From NCBI GenBank assembly GCA_000002435.2, contig CM018792.1: DNA of 64,000 bases; one strand, 5' to 3'. The notes beneath the pieces are model-generated. The model made no database searches. It saw only the letters and a program-made list of their open reading frames with translations, and was not told the DNA's origin. Positions 35,378 through 46,254 of the stretch are shown in pieces (the first letter of the stretch is position 1; each line of letters begins with the position of its first letter). A program made the translations under genes and the position numbers. Source of the DNA: Giardia intestinalis. Its lineage: Eukaryota.

Positions 35378-36967
35378 ATGGCCAGCAGCGGCCCTGGTGA
35401 TTCATCATGCTCTATAAATCAAGTGAGCGATTCTTCCACCGATGTTAACAGTCATGAATATTGCAGCAAGGAGCAGTCTACAATATCCTGTCTGTCGCCG
35501 CTTAGCTCTAATCATGTCAAGGATGAATCGTCCAAGCAAACGCCGCTTTTTGACGCGCTTGGTGAGGAGTCCCCCAACGGGGGTCAAGAACTTGCGTCAC
35601 AGCCCCTGGATGTGAATCTGGACCGTACCTCAGACCGGGATGTGGCTGTAAGTGAGATGTACAAGCAGACAAAAACAACTATCTCTCCTGAAAAGCGGGC
35701 AGCACTGCAAGTTCTTTATCAGAAGCACGGGTCCCACCAGTCTGTCATATGGTACAGCGCCCAGTCTGAGATACCGAGGTCGATCGTATCGAAGTTTATA
35801 ACGTTCATGGAGCACGGTCTTGATGTGCGGAATCTTTCATACAGAGCACCATGCAAGGCCAGAATGGCCAAGACGACTAGATTCTCTCCGGTAATGTCGA
35901 TGAAAGGCTCTAGAACGGAAGTCTTCTCTGTAGCGTCTCCTATCCAACTCAATACAGTCCAGACAAACCTAGGCAGCTCAATTCTTCATACTGACCCGAA
36001 CAACCTGGTCTTACAAAAGAAGGATGAAATTGTTAAGAAGAATGTAGCAGACACAGAAAAGGCACCAGAGAGTAAGAGAAAGAGAAGAGGTAATGATATC
36101 ACAAAGGATACTGCAGAGTCCATGGAACGTCCACATAAACAAAGAACCTCGAGACAGCAACAACACCCTAACAAAACTCCCGAAGGATCTGCTTCAGAGA
36201 TACTCTCTTGCACTCCGATGCGCTGTAAAGTGGAAACGGAACAGCTTCGCAAGAACAGAAGCAACAACCGCGAGATTCTCTCCGCTAGAGTTACATTTCT
36301 TCGCATAGAGTTCTCCTCACCTTTGACGCCAAGAATTATTAGTCAGTTGTCGAATCAGGAGGCTAGACGTGCTCAGCTTGACTTCATTGAGAGATACAGA
36401 ACAGCTCTGGTAGAGGGACGAACTGCCATGTTCATTTCTGCTGATCACTATGATCTATACGTAAGCGGATCAGAGAATTTGATATCTCTTTCCTTACTAT
36501 CTCTTTTCAGTTCAGACGGAGAGATATTTTGTGAGCTCTTTCTGGATCTGATTGGCAATGAGGTTATCAGCGAGTGGATCACCCACGTTCTCCAGACTCA
36601 ATTTAGCAACAAGGTGCCACTTATAGTCACCACTCACGAGATCCTCAGTACCCTGCCAAATCACTTTCTTTCTAACTCTCTTTCTATTGCCTATTCAAGC
36701 ATTCTTGACGTGCTTAGCCCCGTGAAGCACATGATGGAAATTTGGGAGCATCGAGTAAAGTTCTATAGTCTTCTGAACACGAACCAGACCGTGGAGGAGT
36801 TGCTGGAGCAGCTTTCAACAGAGTTCTTAACACTTCCCAAGACAAGTCTCCTGGGAAAGCTAGCAGAGATACGAGAACGCGTGTGGTGGGAAGTCTATAG
36901 CTCAACTTGGTCTGAGACCTCTAGGCCAAAAACTGAATCTAGTGCATCGGAAGTTCTAGCTCAATGA
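35378..36967 (+). CDS. Hypothetical protein (529 aa): Ser-rich disordered N-half, helical C-half; no recognised domain
   Basis: Non-repetitive ORF. The stop TGA overlaps the next gene's ATG (ATGA). Confidence 0.65.
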   Translation: MASSGPGDSSCSINQVSDSSTDVNSHEYCSKEQSTISCLSPLSSNHVKDESSKQTPLFDALGEESPNGGQELASQPLDVNLDRTSDRDVAVSEMYKQTKTTISPEKRAALQVLYQKHGSHQSVIWYSAQSEIPRSIVSKFITFMEHGLDVRNLSYRAPCKARMAKTTRFSPVMSMKGSRTEVFSVASPIQLNTVQTNLGSSILHTDPNNLVLQKKDEIVKKNVADTEKAPESKRKRRGNDITKDTAESMERPHKQRTSRQQQHPNKTPEGSASEILSCTPMRCKVETEQLRKNRSNNREILSARVTFLRIEFSSPLTPRIISQLSNQEARRAQLDFIERYRTALVEGRTAMFISADHYDLYVSGSENLISLSLLSLFSSDGEIFCELFLDLIGNEVISEWITHVLQTQFSNKVPLIVTTHEILSTLPNHFLSNSLSIAYSSILDVLSPVKHMMEIWEHRVKFYSLLNTNQTVEELLEQLSTEFLTLPKTSLLGKLAEIRERVWWEVYSSTWSETSRPKTESSASEVLAQ

Positions 36968-38889
36968 GCTCGTCTCTACGCAACAGAGCAGCAAGACCCC
37001 AAGCTGAACACTCCTCCCAGCACAAAGAGGCAGTCAGATCATTTCATGAATGGATCTTGGAGCACTTAAAAACGGACACCTTGCAGAAAGCTAAGGTAGC
37101 AATATTAGCCGCGGAATCCGAAAAAACTTTCTTAAGCAACGAACTGGATGCGCAGAGGAAGGTAGTGAAGGGATTGACTGCGCAAAACTCCCAGATGAGT
37201 GCCCAGCTTCTCAAACTGAGCTCTCTACTGACTCGCAAAGGAGAGCTCCGCAATACAGAAGAAGCTATTCCTCGATTAGAAGAGTGCCCTAGACCAGAAT
37301 ATGAACAGGTACTCTTACTTGTGCTCCAGCAAACCTTCAATTCTTCTCCAGCGACAATTCAGAGAATTTCGCGTATCCATAACCAAGAGCATCGGCTTTC
37401 AGAATTAGCGAATACTATAAAGGAAGAAGTGGCGCGGATTGTAGACGCAAACAATGCGCTGCAGGCCCAACTAGATATAGAGTTAAACGCTCATGGCATA
37501 ATAGTCGAGAAAGACAGAATTATCAACAATCTGGAGCTAAACGTGGAGGACTGTCAAGCGACAATTCAAGCAAAGGATAGAAAAATCCGGGAACTACAGT
37601 GCCGAGAACAAGAAGACTCGTTGAAGATTAATACTCTCACACAACACTTTGAAGACTTGCAAAAGAGAAGCTATGGGCTTAGTAACCGTATGGAAACAAT
37701 GCAAGCATGCAATGAGGGGCTCAAACAAACAGTAGATGATCTACAGAAGAAAATTTCAGAGCTTGAAAAGCAGAACCATCTAGATGCTGGTGCGTCTGAA
37801 GAGTTGCTGGCGATATCCACTGGTTTGAACACTTCGCTTTCGTCCAGCAATGTAGGCTTACAGGGTATCAGAGACGATCTAGATAATCTAGCAGCCGAGA
37901 CCCAGACTTCATTAATCAGACTCGCAAATAATTGTGATCATTCCGTACTAACATCCAAGTTGGTTGGAGAAGAGAAGATGTGCGGCTCGGATTTTTCTGA
38001 ACTACCAACAATAAGTCCAAGTGATAATGAAGCCCAGCCAATAAGCTTGCTGCAACGAATTTGTGCGTCCATATTAGAGCCAGATGCAACTATCGATAGA
38101 CTCAGAATCTATGTGACCAACGAAATGCCGACTAGCATTTCCAACGTAGCCCTGACAAGCGGTAGGTCACAGAAAGCTGCACACAGCGCTTCTATAGGAG
38201 TCTCCAAGGGGTCTCAATCATCTGTCGATAGAGTAGCAAAGCTGCGTGCCTCCAAGAGCACTCAAACAGATGTGTCCCTGTCACAGGTGTCCAAGATGCT
38301 TATAAACGAGAAGAGATTGCGGGACAAAGTAAGTCTTCTTGAGAATCGTCTGAGAGAACGCGAACTAGCTGTGCAGTCTCTGGAGAAAAAGCTTGCTGAA
38401 TGTACAGAAAGATCAGTCTGGCTAGAGCTCTGGGAAACACGCGTTGCAACCCCGCCGATCTCTTATGTAGCTGATTGTGACCGCGTTGACACTGCGGCAG
38501 GCTCTACAACCAGCTACTCTTCTTCAGCAGAGACACAGACAGACCCCTGCTTGAGCCTGGAGGCTCCAGACCCATCCTGGCCCGATTTTCAAGAGAAAAT
38601 GGACTTGTTTGAAGCAACACTCAATAATCTTTACTTGGCGTTGCAACAACAGAAGGCGAATGCTGGACACGACTTGCGGATAGAGGATCTTGCGACAACA
38701 ATTCGTACCCAGATTCTCGAGGCGCTTAATGGCACGACGACAGCGTCCGTTTTTACTAACGATCGTAACCTTGATCTGTCAATTATTACTGATGACATTG
38801 TTGACTACGATCGTAGCCTGCTTCATCTACAACAAAAGAAATCTGAACAACGACCAGGTAACCGAGGGATCTTCCCCTTCTGGAAATAA
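36964..38889 (+). CDS. Coiled-coil protein (641 aa), hypothetical
   Basis: Long heptad-repeat stretches (LQKKISELEKQNHLD, LRDKVSLLENRLRERELAVQSLEKKLAE). The ATG overlaps the upstream stop (caATGAgc). There are no Walker motifs, so it is not Rad50-like. Confidence 0.65.
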   Translation: MSSSLRNRAARPQAEHSSQHKEAVRSFHEWILEHLKTDTLQKAKVAILAAESEKTFLSNELDAQRKVVKGLTAQNSQMSAQLLKLSSLLTRKGELRNTEEAIPRLEECPRPEYEQVLLLVLQQTFNSSPATIQRISRIHNQEHRLSELANTIKEEVARIVDANNALQAQLDIELNAHGIIVEKDRIINNLELNVEDCQATIQAKDRKIRELQCREQEDSLKINTLTQHFEDLQKRSYGLSNRMETMQACNEGLKQTVDDLQKKISELEKQNHLDAGASEELLAISTGLNTSLSSSNVGLQGIRDDLDNLAAETQTSLIRLANNCDHSVLTSKLVGEEKMCGSDFSELPTISPSDNEAQPISLLQRICASILEPDATIDRLRIYVTNEMPTSISNVALTSGRSQKAAHSASIGVSKGSQSSVDRVAKLRASKSTQTDVSLSQVSKMLINEKRLRDKVSLLENRLRERELAVQSLEKKLAECTERSVWLELWETRVATPPISYVADCDRVDTAAGSTTSYSSSAETQTDPCLSLEAPDPSWPDFQEKMDLFEATLNNLYLALQQQKANAGHDLRIEDLATTIRTQILEALNGTTTASVFTNDRNLDLSIITDDIVDYDRSLLHLQQKKSEQRPGNRGIFPFWK

Positions 38890-38904
38890 TCCACTATCAT
38901 CTTA

Positions 38905-39459
38905 TCAGTAGTATTGATCTATAAGCCTTGCAAAACACGTGACTTCTTCGCTAAACCTATAGATGTGGCCACTTACCTCAGATATACTCAAGCCTATCTT
39001 CTCCTCAAACTCCTTGCGCTTTGGGAGAGATTTGAACCCCATGTTGAAAATACCACTAGTAACCGTATTGTGATAATTCCTCAATGTTTGTTCGTATGCT
39101 AACTTCGCCAACTTGCTAGGCTCCTCGTATGCATAGCTAGGATCCACAACTAGACACATGAGCGTTGAAACGAAACTAAATGTACGAGACAGCCAAAGAG
39201 CACCCGTAGCCAGTTTTTTGTTGTCTGGAATGGTCTGTTCAAGAAGACCGTCAACTGGCTCTACTTTCTTAATGTTTCCTGTAATGTCTCCCTTTGCTAG
39301 TTTCAGTACGCCTATATTAAGTTTGTCAATTAGCTCAACAACGTTGCGTGATGCTTGAACAAGATTCGCACTGGTCGGTGCGTGGTTCAGGTCAGTAAAC
39401 GATTTCTCAAGCCTCTCTGCGAGGGCGCTCCATTCGTTTGCGGTCGTAACTGTTCGCAT
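38905..39459 (-). CDS. Glycolipid transfer protein (GLTP) family
   Basis: LVQASRNVVELIDKLNIGVLKLAKGDITGNIKKVE ~ human GLTP FLEAVSHLPPFFDCLGSPVFTPIKADISGNITKIK. GALWLSRTFSFV ~ ATLALMWLKRGLRFI. AYEQTLRNYHNTVTSGIFNMG ~ AYEMALKKYHGWIVQKIFQAA. I prefer the second ATG (ggaaattaaaATG, A/T-rich initiator) over the first at 39492, which lies in G+C-rich context. Confidence 0.65.
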   Translation of the reverse strand: MRTVTTANEWSALAERLEKSFTDLNHAPTSANLVQASRNVVELIDKLNIGVLKLAKGDITGNIKKVEPVDGLLEQTIPDNKKLATGALWLSRTFSFVSTLMCLVVDPSYAYEEPSKLAKLAYEQTLRNYHNTVTSGIFNMGFKSLPKRKEFEEKIGLSISEVSGHIYRFSEEVTCFARLIDQYY

Positions 39460-39513
39460 TTTAATTTCCAGACATAGGATTCCCGGGGCCATAGGGTAGT
39501 TCCGGGGCAGGGA

Positions 39514-41046
39514 TTAGCGCAGGGAAAGCTCGGCACGGAGCCAACCAATAAAAATTCCCAGGTACTCCTTTAAGGTTGAAAAATATAGGTCCTGAATCTG
39601 GGGAACGCTTTGTGGGCCTCCCAAGACTGGAAGCGCGTCCGTGAACTCTAGGAGTCCCGATACCATTGACATGGTTTGAACATAATCTGTCAAAGATGTA
39701 TGTAATTTTCCAATCAGTGAGTTATAGAACTTCTCGTTTTTGTATATTAGCAGCTGCATGGCCAGTTGGTGAAGGGCGGAGGAAAGGCTAGTCAGTACCT
39801 TGTCAACAAGAGCAGGAACAAAGTAACCACAGGGAGTTTCTAGGTCTTTGGAGAGGACCTCTGCTGGTGGACGAAGAAACAGGTTAAGCGTCTGGCAGAG
39901 GTTATCAGAGAATTCTGATATGGTAGTGTTTAAGCTCGCTTGCTTCATATCTCGATTCTTTAACACCAAGATAACTATTTTAAAGGAGTCCTCGATATCG
40001 TTCATAATCTTAGTCTCCAAAAGCAAGGCATCCTTTAAACCTGGCCAAGGATCTACCGATGCATTTGAGTAGATTTTATATAGTCCTTGTAAGTAGTGAA
40101 GTGCCTGAGAATAAGACAGTGTTGCAATACTAGACCTAGAGTAACTCTGGAGAAAGTTCATCAAGGGGACGGTAAGACACTGGTGAAAAGTATTAGAATA
40201 TGCTGCAGACCCAGATTCTACCTTAAGCTTTTGATAAAGAAGTGCAAGCCATGAATTACTATCTCTTTTCTTTAGTCGAGAGACGAGCACGGCGACGTTT
40301 TCGAGGATCTGCAATGGAGTGTAGTCACTCAATTTGTGCAAAAGAGGAGTGGTAAAGTTTTTACAGACAATGGCGGGCATCTCACTGTAATCTAGCAGGA
40401 TGCTATAAAGTTTCTGTACCTGGGGAGACTCAAGACAAACAAGATTAGATAGATATATAGTTTCCACATGGGATAAAATCGTGCTGCATAGAATGTCCAT
40501 TGCGTGCTTTAGACGTGAAGAAATAGCAGTACAACAAGAAGGAGGATTGATGTGAGAGATTGTTGTACGGATTTGAAGAGATTGAGAAAGTAGTCCTGCC
40601 AAGGCGTCGCAATCTGTTGGTTTGGAAAAACAGGTCTCGTCAAGATGATCGATTAGCCTAAGGGTAGTACGAAGAGAGTCCTCTATTTGGCCAAGAATAT
40701 GCTCTTCTTGTGCAGCAGAATGCAGCTTCTCGAGACTCTCTGTAATGCTTGCCTGGGCCTCTAAAAGAATTTGCTTGGCATCTTCAAGAGAAGAATCTCT
40801 TCCAAGAGCGCTGACTGCACTACTTGCTTCAGCGCCTTTAAAGGGAAGTGGACCTGATGAACATTTCTCGCTTTGCAAAGTGTTATGGGATAGCTGCTCC
40901 AATATACCTGCAGAGGAGTTTCGGATAAACGACTCAAGGTGTTCGCGGAGGGCCGAAAGTTCAGAAGCTGGAAGCTGCAGGATGTAGCCCTCAACCTTCT
41001 CCTTGGGAAGGTGAAGCAACTCAGGAAGAGATAAAGGATCCGGCAT
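39514..41046 (-). CDS. Hypothetical protein (510 aa), alpha-helical, no recognised domain
   Basis: Non-repetitive ORF. The ATG is MPDPLSLPELLHLPKEK. It lies 21 nt upstream of the GLTP ORF on the same strand. Confidence 0.65.
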   Translation of the reverse strand: MPDPLSLPELLHLPKEKVEGYILQLPASELSALREHLESFIRNSSAGILEQLSHNTLQSEKCSSGPLPFKGAEASSAVSALGRDSSLEDAKQILLEAQASITESLEKLHSAAQEEHILGQIEDSLRTTLRLIDHLDETCFSKPTDCDALAGLLSQSLQIRTTISHINPPSCCTAISSRLKHAMDILCSTILSHVETIYLSNLVCLESPQVQKLYSILLDYSEMPAIVCKNFTTPLLHKLSDYTPLQILENVAVLVSRLKKRDSNSWLALLYQKLKVESGSAAYSNTFHQCLTVPLMNFLQSYSRSSIATLSYSQALHYLQGLYKIYSNASVDPWPGLKDALLLETKIMNDIEDSFKIVILVLKNRDMKQASLNTTISEFSDNLCQTLNLFLRPPAEVLSKDLETPCGYFVPALVDKVLTSLSSALHQLAMQLLIYKNEKFYNSLIGKLHTSLTDYVQTMSMVSGLLEFTDALPVLGGPQSVPQIQDLYFSTLKEYLGIFIGWLRAELSLR

Positions 41047-41143
41047 ACTAAGCTAAGAAAAACAGCCCACCAGTATAGTGGAAGCGTTATACGGGTCTCA
41101 AAGGTATCTCTGGTCTTTGGATTTACTTAAGTATTTCTAAAAA

Positions 41144-44100
41144 ATGAGCATTGCGACCCTTCCACTCTCTCCGGTTGGGCCCGCAGGCTACAATCACAAT
41201 GTATTCATCCACCTCCATGAGCAGGGATGCTTAATACATAATAATATTGGGTCATCGTCCTGTCACGTTTCCGTGCTGGTTCCTGTCCGGCTTGTGCACG
41301 CTACAGACTTCCTTGCACTTTCAGCTATTAAGTATTGCTTCTTGAAGAAAAGTGCCAATTACGCACCAGGATACATGCACAGTTACTTCGCCTCCACTAT
41401 GGCGTCCATTCCCACTGTTACACACCTTAGAGGTCTTTCAGGTCTAGCTTTTTCGTACTCATTTCTTGCAAACCAAGACATAACCAACCACAAGCAGTTT
41501 TCAGAGACAGTCACAAAGCAGCTTCTCGTCCTTCTTTCCCACATCTTTTACCCGGGTACCTTCGATATGTTTAGCATGTATGATTTTCAACGTATCTGTG
41601 ACGACTATGACAAGGCCATTGTGCAGGCTGCCATTGTTGACCAGATCACCGGCCGTGCAGCTTTGGCGAGCCTGCGTGACGTCGTTAAGGTTGATAAGAT
41701 GCTTCCATCTAAATTGCGCGAGATAACGAAGCAGTACTTTAACTCCGTTCTGCGTAGTGCTCCCTTCATCGTGTTTGTAACGACACAGTCTGAAGTTATA
41801 CCTGTCATCCTACGTCAAGCTATAAAGAATTGGTGCAGCCGCCTCGACGTGCAAGGACCATCAGGATCGTCTAAGCGTTCTTCCTTTCTACAGGGTGAGG
41901 GTTTGAGACGAGGCTATCAACCTGATCAAACATATATAAAGAACAAGCCTCTTATGCTAGACGCCGAGGACGAGCGTAAGCAAATGGCCAACACGACAGC
42001 TCAGACGCCCATTCTTTTTGTTCAGAAAGACAGTAGTATCTACAAGCATGTAGTGGACATTGTTGTTACCTCTAGGCGTTACATACTGCTTAACGTCTTC
42101 GATATTACATTAGCTCGCATGCTTTTTCAGTGGCTTATTGACGGCAATAAGATTCTCGATGCAATTATTAAGTACTCGAATTCATCCATTTATCTAGTGC
42201 ACGAATTGAAAGCGCTTCCGCTTCAACTAGAGGAATTTTTTGTAGGGAAGCATTATCATCTCCAGCTAGTCATCAAGAACGTACCAATTCTTATAGCAGA
42301 TATTCTGACTACTATTCTCAGCTCACTAGATCTCCAGAAGGACGTATCGAAGTACGTCTCTACCCACCTTGACTCATTCGTTAGTTTCATTCAGCGAAAA
42401 CAAATTGAAAGTGCACGTGCCTACATCACGAATCCTCATCTAGCCTTGCTGGACGAGGCAATACCCTACATGCTCAGCTTCTTTTCACTGAATGTCTTTG
42501 GGGCTGTGAAGACAGGACTGGGGCTAATGCTTATCGAAGACGTATATGGTCCTCTGAAACTCCTCAGCAAGGAGATGGGCCTGTCCGTGACACTATATGA
42601 CATATGGGGACGTGATTTGTCTAACGAACAGAGAGATACTAAACCTCAGCTTATTGACTCAAATCCGTTTCTTAACAACTACTCTTCTGCATCCTACATT
42701 TATGATGCTAAAGCTGTACTCACAGTTGCGTTTTCCACTGAGCCGGCAGTAAAGAGCCACATCTTCAATAAGGCCACAACAAAGCATGTTATCAGGCGAA
42801 GCAATTCAGTATCAGTGGGCCACATGGACAACATTTCGAGCCGCTCCAACCTACTCACAGGATCTAGGATTGGAGGGCACGGTGACCTCTCCAAAGAGTA
42901 TTCTGGAAAGATGGGTGGCAAAACAACTGCGGATCTTTCAGACAGTAATCTGGCTTCGGCATTTATTCTCAAGAACCACGAGCGCTTTTGCTTCACATTC
43001 TTTGCGGCGCTAGGGGCTATGCAACGAGTTGCCACCATTGTAACGCACTGTCATGAAAGCATCTACGACACCATGAGCAAGTTTGTTGCCGCTTTCTTCG
43101 CCGGCTGCTGGACTGTCACTCTGATTGGTGACAGGGTATCGGACTTCTTTAGTTCGTTAGTTGACAGTATCAAGATTTCGCTGCACTCCAATAGTAGCAA
43201 GATGTATAGCAACATTTGGTTCTACTACCTCGGAGGATCGTCGCTTAAGCTTCAGAAACTGGCTTCTGAGGAAAAACTTTGTCCGCAAATGTTTACTATC
43301 CAGCCTTTTGACAAGGTACCTTACGTTTCTGTACCTCTGGCCACTATGAATTTGAAGCTGTTTGATTGTAGCACCGTAGCAATATCCCCATGGGTGTACA
43401 ATATCGTTCATCCTGAAACCGATTGCAAATACATCGATATAGCTAACAGGATTTCTAAATTTTGTGGCTTTACTGTCCAGGATACTATCTCTTCTGTAAC
43501 TATTACAGATCAGGAGCTGCTCAGCGTGTTCTTTGGATCACCACTTGCATCATTAGTTACCAATCTTACGAAGCTCCAAGAAGCAACGGCAACAAACCTC
43601 ACAACTCATAACATCAGCCTGGGGCTTGTGGCACGACAGCAGTCCATCGACAATAACAAGCTGATTCAGCACATCTCTCACTCTAGAGAAATCATCGACG
43701 ACTCTGCTGTCTTTGCCTTAAAAGCAGTTCAATCCTCTATTATCTGTGCGTCTAATACGCATTCGCATATATCTCACAACGCCTCTAAGGAGCTACCATG
43801 TACCTATTCCTTTGATACCGTAGAAGATCTATTTGACCATCTCCACCCGATAAGTGCCGATATAGTTCTCGGCTCATCCTCCTATCTGCCAAAGTTTTTG
43901 CACTCCAGCCTTTTCATGAACGATATGGAAACAAGCTTCACACTCAAAGTACTCTTTAATGCTTCCAATGCCATTTCCGCAGGGCTATCTGCAGAGTTCC
44001 TCGCGCATTTGCACGTCTATCTAGATGTTTTGAACTCATTTAGCTCCAACATACTGTTTGCTTTTGAATCTCTGGATAGCTGCATATCTGTCACGCTTCG

Positions 44101-46252
44101 TGCAATATCTTTGCAACACTTTCTACAACTTGTGGACACGCTCCTAGAGATTATCCATCATCGACAGCTCAGCATACCTGACCTAGAGTTTTTAAATCTT
44201 TCTGGAGGCTCAGTGACTGCCAGCAACCTCCTCCTTCTCACAAATTCCATCTTCATGGGCCAAACAGCTAAGCTCTATCTAGATATCTGTTTTGACAACT
44301 ACTTCTTAATGACACAACCGACCAGTCGGCTCAAGGACGTCGCTCACGCGTTCAACTCAAGCAAACAACACCTGGCCCATCTTACTACCATTGTGGCTTT
44401 GAGCAAGCTCCACAGCTTCACAAAGGGACTTCCCTCTGTGTTACCTCCGTCTCCTGCCACACTTGGTAATCAGCTGTATGGTATAGCATCCTCTCAAGGT
44501 GCTCTTCTGAACACTATTTCCTTGACGTTTTGTATAAAAAAGACGCTCGATGATAATGCATTGTTACAGGACTTTCTATCACAGGACTTGCTTGGTAACA
44601 CTAATGATCTACATGCTTACCTATTCAATTTGACTACGCTATCTCTTGAGTACGTTATTTCTCGCTTAGAAGGAACGCATGCTGTATCTTGTAGCATTGC
44701 TGATAGTGTTCATGTAGGCATGTATTCTGACTATGCAACGATTGACATACTGTGCACTACTGCATCACTATCCAGCATACTTTCTCTGTTCTTTGATGAG
44801 GACGATAGCTTCAATCTGTCTATTCTCATGAAGGAGGTGCCTAACGATGTGTCTCTTTGTTTAGCTGTTCGCACCCTGTTTGACTTCCCGAATCTCTTTA
44901 CTGCGGCAAATGTCCAGCACCTCTCTGCTCTTCTGCTGAATTATTATAAAGGATTCTCCCCGAGATTGGAGATTCTTTACGGCACGCTGAAGTTGACGGC
45001 CAGCGAAATGACTGAGGTGTGCACTCAGCACTTCACACCTCTCCCCACCACCTCCATAAATCTTTTCAAGCAGCCAAATACACTAGAATATCTGCATTTT
45101 ATATCTGCTACGTACAAGAAGGTAGCGATGGCTCAGTCAAGGTTCCGATTGGATGATCTGGAGAGGTTGCAGAGCTCCAATGAAGAGGCTAGTGTTAGAA
45201 ACAAGGTCCTTTTGGAGTCGAATGAGTTTACTCAAGCACATCCTATGGACACTACTACCAAATCCGATATGAAGATGATCTCCAAACTAGAAAAACTGCG
45301 TGCTTATCGACAGTTGCTCGAGCGGCAGCTCAAGGACATACATCAAAAGAACGAGGCTGTCGCGCTTGCATGTCATTCGGCTCACGATTCCACCCAGAAT
45401 GTTAATCTCTCTTCACCCCTGAAGACACAAGCCAATACCAATGACATTCGTTATGTGCCAAACTCCGATAACGAAGGAGATCTAGATTCAATGTTCATAC
45501 ACAACCCGACAGAGTTCTTAGTCACTGCATTTAACGTCCAATTGGAGAAGAAAGGAATATATACCATTAACGGCTTTCCCATTTGGTTCAAACATCTCGA
45601 AATGAACGTTTTCCCAACAAACTCTCTAACGCTTGGTCTCAATATAGCACATCCTAGCCACTCCACGATTACAAAGAAGCATGACTTTTATGGAAGCCTG
45701 CCCTTTTATGTCACACACCTAGGTAAGAACATGTCTCAACTCTACATCCAAGAGACTGCGCTGTGGTATGCCATGCACCTTCAGCAGGCTCTCTCACTCA
45801 TGCAGAACATTCCTCTGAGGCACGAGCTTCAGCTTGCAGGTATGCACAGCAGAATCTTAAGCACCGTTACTGGACTGCCTTATCCTATTGGAATTTCGGC
45901 TGTCCATGGATGCAATGTCTATTTCCGCGACCCGCAGAGTACAGTTGCCCCTAAGAGCATTATAAAGGGCCATTACTCTAAACTATTTTCATACACTCAA
46001 GATGCGCACGGGCAGACAGCCGAGCCTGCTGGGCCAGTGCTATCGCTAAGTCCTGACGCAGTGCCTCCACTTACAAACTTCCAGATGTGTGCGGGGATGC
46101 TGATGGAGAATCTTGCCGTCATTGCATACTACTTAGATGTGGATATTTCGTTGCATGCCGGTCGCAAAGCGCCTTCAGACCCGGCTGAATACCTTTTCTA
46201 CCTGTATAGGGACTGTTTACTGCACAAGCACGGCCTGTCCCGATTGTCCTAA
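41144..46252 (+). CDS. Very large hypothetical protein (1702 aa), Leu/Ser-rich helical; no recognised domain
   Basis: Longest ORF in the window. The ATG is preceded by tacttaagtatttctaaaaaATG. The frame stays open and non-repetitive for 5.1 kb. Confidence 0.75.
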   Translation: MSIATLPLSPVGPAGYNHNVFIHLHEQGCLIHNNIGSSSCHVSVLVPVRLVHATDFLALSAIKYCFLKKSANYAPGYMHSYFASTMASIPTVTHLRGLSGLAFSYSFLANQDITNHKQFSETVTKQLLVLLSHIFYPGTFDMFSMYDFQRICDDYDKAIVQAAIVDQITGRAALASLRDVVKVDKMLPSKLREITKQYFNSVLRSAPFIVFVTTQSEVIPVILRQAIKNWCSRLDVQGPSGSSKRSSFLQGEGLRRGYQPDQTYIKNKPLMLDAEDERKQMANTTAQTPILFVQKDSSIYKHVVDIVVTSRRYILLNVFDITLARMLFQWLIDGNKILDAIIKYSNSSIYLVHELKALPLQLEEFFVGKHYHLQLVIKNVPILIADILTTILSSLDLQKDVSKYVSTHLDSFVSFIQRKQIESARAYITNPHLALLDEAIPYMLSFFSLNVFGAVKTGLGLMLIEDVYGPLKLLSKEMGLSVTLYDIWGRDLSNEQRDTKPQLIDSNPFLNNYSSASYIYDAKAVLTVAFSTEPAVKSHIFNKATTKHVIRRSNSVSVGHMDNISSRSNLLTGSRIGGHGDLSKEYSGKMGGKTTADLSDSNLASAFILKNHERFCFTFFAALGAMQRVATIVTHCHESIYDTMSKFVAAFFAGCWTVTLIGDRVSDFFSSLVDSIKISLHSNSSKMYSNIWFYYLGGSSLKLQKLASEEKLCPQMFTIQPFDKVPYVSVPLATMNLKLFDCSTVAISPWVYNIVHPETDCKYIDIANRISKFCGFTVQDTISSVTITDQELLSVFFGSPLASLVTNLTKLQEATATNLTTHNISLGLVARQQSIDNNKLIQHISHSREIIDDSAVFALKAVQSSIICASNTHSHISHNASKELPCTYSFDTVEDLFDHLHPISADIVLGSSSYLPKFLHSSLFMNDMETSFTLKVLFNASNAISAGLSAEFLAHLHVYLDVLNSFSSNILFAFESLDSCISVTLRAISLQHFLQLVDTLLEIIHHRQLSIPDLEFLNLSGGSVTASNLLLLTNSIFMGQTAKLYLDICFDNYFLMTQPTSRLKDVAHAFNSSKQHLAHLTTIVALSKLHSFTKGLPSVLPPSPATLGNQLYGIASSQGALLNTISLTFCIKKTLDDNALLQDFLSQDLLGNTNDLHAYLFNLTTLSLEYVISRLEGTHAVSCSIADSVHVGMYSDYATIDILCTTASLSSILSLFFDEDDSFNLSILMKEVPNDVSLCLAVRTLFDFPNLFTAANVQHLSALLLNYYKGFSPRLEILYGTLKLTASEMTEVCTQHFTPLPTTSINLFKQPNTLEYLHFISATYKKVAMAQSRFRLDDLERLQSSNEEASVRNKVLLESNEFTQAHPMDTTTKSDMKMISKLEKLRAYRQLLERQLKDIHQKNEAVALACHSAHDSTQNVNLSSPLKTQANTNDIRYVPNSDNEGDLDSMFIHNPTEFLVTAFNVQLEKKGIYTINGFPIWFKHLEMNVFPTNSLTLGLNIAHPSHSTITKKHDFYGSLPFYVTHLGKNMSQLYIQETALWYAMHLQQALSLMQNIPLRHELQLAGMHSRILSTVTGLPYPIGISAVHGCNVYFRDPQSTVAPKSIIKGHYSKLFSYTQDAHGQTAEPAGPVLSLSPDAVPPLTNFQMCAGMLMENLAVIAYYLDVDISLHAGRKAPSDPAEYLFYLYRDCLLHKHGLSRLS

Positions 46253-46254
46253 TA

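Noticed and set aside
36964-38889. Rad50 identity for the coiled-coil gene downstream of the Mre11-like gene
   Set aside because: It has no Walker A/B or signature motif and no CXXC zinc hook. It is only generic coiled coil.
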